A stretch of DNA of 62,885 bases, counting the filler, from Globobulimina sp. (lineage: Eukaryota): assembly GCA_003354225.1 (NCBI GenBank). It is 39 parts of 39 records of this genome, joined end to end, with 100 filler letters (N's around TTAATTAATTAA, not from the genome) between each part and the next. Parts side by side here need not be neighbours in the genome. Positions count along the whole stretch, not along the records: positions 61,372 to 62,885 come from PIVH01015481.1; 38 more parts are not named here. One strand, given 5' to 3'. Position numbers and translations under genes: made by a program. Shown piece after piece: positions 62,227-62,885 of the stretch. The notes beneath the pieces are model-generated. The model did not search any database. It worked only from the letters and a program-made list of their open reading frames with translations, and was not told the origin of the DNA. Position 1 is the first letter of the stretch; every line of letters begins with the position of its first letter.

Positions 62227-62327
62227 GTTGATAAATTAAATTATTAATTATTAAAACCTCTAGCATCATGGTTTCGATATTTTGAGGCAAATACTATTTA
62301 TAATAATTTATAATAATTGTATCAATA

Positions 62328-62852
62328 ATGTTTTTTCTGGTGACCCGTCAAGATACATTGGCGTTACATCCACGCGATTTTGGTAAAAATATGCAACAAA
62401 AAATATTTTCCCAATTGCGGACAAAAGTTGAAGGTAAAGCATCTGGAAAATTTGGATACACAATTTTAGTGACAAAATTAAAAGAATGTGGTCCTGGCGT
62501 TTTAAATGAGGATACAGGGAACGCACACTTTAAAGTACAATATTTTGCCTTAGTATTTCGGCCATTTAAGGGAGAAATATTGCCGGCTGAAGTTAAATCA
62601 ATCTCAAAACAAGGATTCTTTGCTCAAGCTGGCCCATTGGAAATATTTGTGTCATCGCAATTGATGCCAGAAGAATTTAAATATGATATTTCAACCGGAG
62701 CCCCTACCTTTTATGCAATGGATGACGACGATGAGATTAGAATAAGAGTTGGGACCATGGTTAGGATAAAACTGGTTGGACTAAGATTTGCTGCCGATGA
62801 TATCTCAGTTATTGGCACCATAAAAGAAGATTATTTAGGACCATTTATCTAA
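62328..62852 (+). CDS. RPB7: RNA polymerase II subunit RPB7
   Basis: MFF......LHP.DFG, VEGK.SGKFGY, VFRPFKGE, GFFAQAGPL.IFVS, IGTIKEDYLG; 174 aa. Confidence 0.97.
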   Translation: MFFLVTRQDTLALHPRDFGKNMQQKIFSQLRTKVEGKASGKFGYTILVTKLKECGPGVLNEDTGNAHFKVQYFALVFRPFKGEILPAEVKSISKQGFFAQAGPLEIFVSSQLMPEEFKYDISTGAPTFYAMDDDDEIRIRVGTMVRIKLVGLRFAADDISVIGTIKEDYLGPFI

Positions 62853-62885
62853 TTTATCCTTGCACCATTATCATTGTATTATTAT

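Noticed and set aside
1-62885. Apparent multi-gene immune/defence cluster (NACHT, 2H phosphoesterase, RTs, GIY-YIG, Hint, pore-former-like proteins)
   Set aside because: The genes lie on separate contigs ordered only by length, so co-occurrence carries no linkage information.

Overview
This window is not one locus. It is 39 unrelated short contigs (1516, 1515 and 1514 bp, sorted by length) joined by an artificial 100-bp spacer (N44-TTAATTAATTAA-N44), so gene neighbourhood is meaningful only within a contig. Most contigs are AT-rich eukaryotic nuclear DNA with short GT-AG introns (about 45-110 bp in most cases) and a standard genetic code. The style suggests a protist, possibly a foraminiferan or other rhizarian, but that is inference. 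Recognisable genes include ATG5, MED21, RPB7, aldose 1-epimerase, a kinesin, a GST, GT8, GH28, a choline/ethanolamine phosphotransferase, an ABHD hydrolase, a gelsolin-family protein and a mitochondrial bL32. Mobile elements include two LINE reverse transcriptases, a Penelope-like GIY-YIG, a Polinton/Maverick-type integrase and a Mutator-like remnant. There is one wholly bacterial contig and at least two eukaryote-bacterium junctions, which look like amplification chimeras. The most unusual items are: (1) an intron-containing gene with a Hint (Hedgehog/intein-like) domain split by a roughly 280-aa low-complexity insert and lacking its N-terminal nucleophile; (2) a coiled-coil + FN3 + 2H-phosphoesterase fusion; (3) a Polinton-type integrase carrying three spliceosomal introns; (4) a minimal hammerhead ribozyme; (5) a GST with an in-frame TAG at a conserved Tyr; (6) a GT8 homologue lacking its DxD motif. 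All family assignments come from motif recognition by eye; no database search was run.
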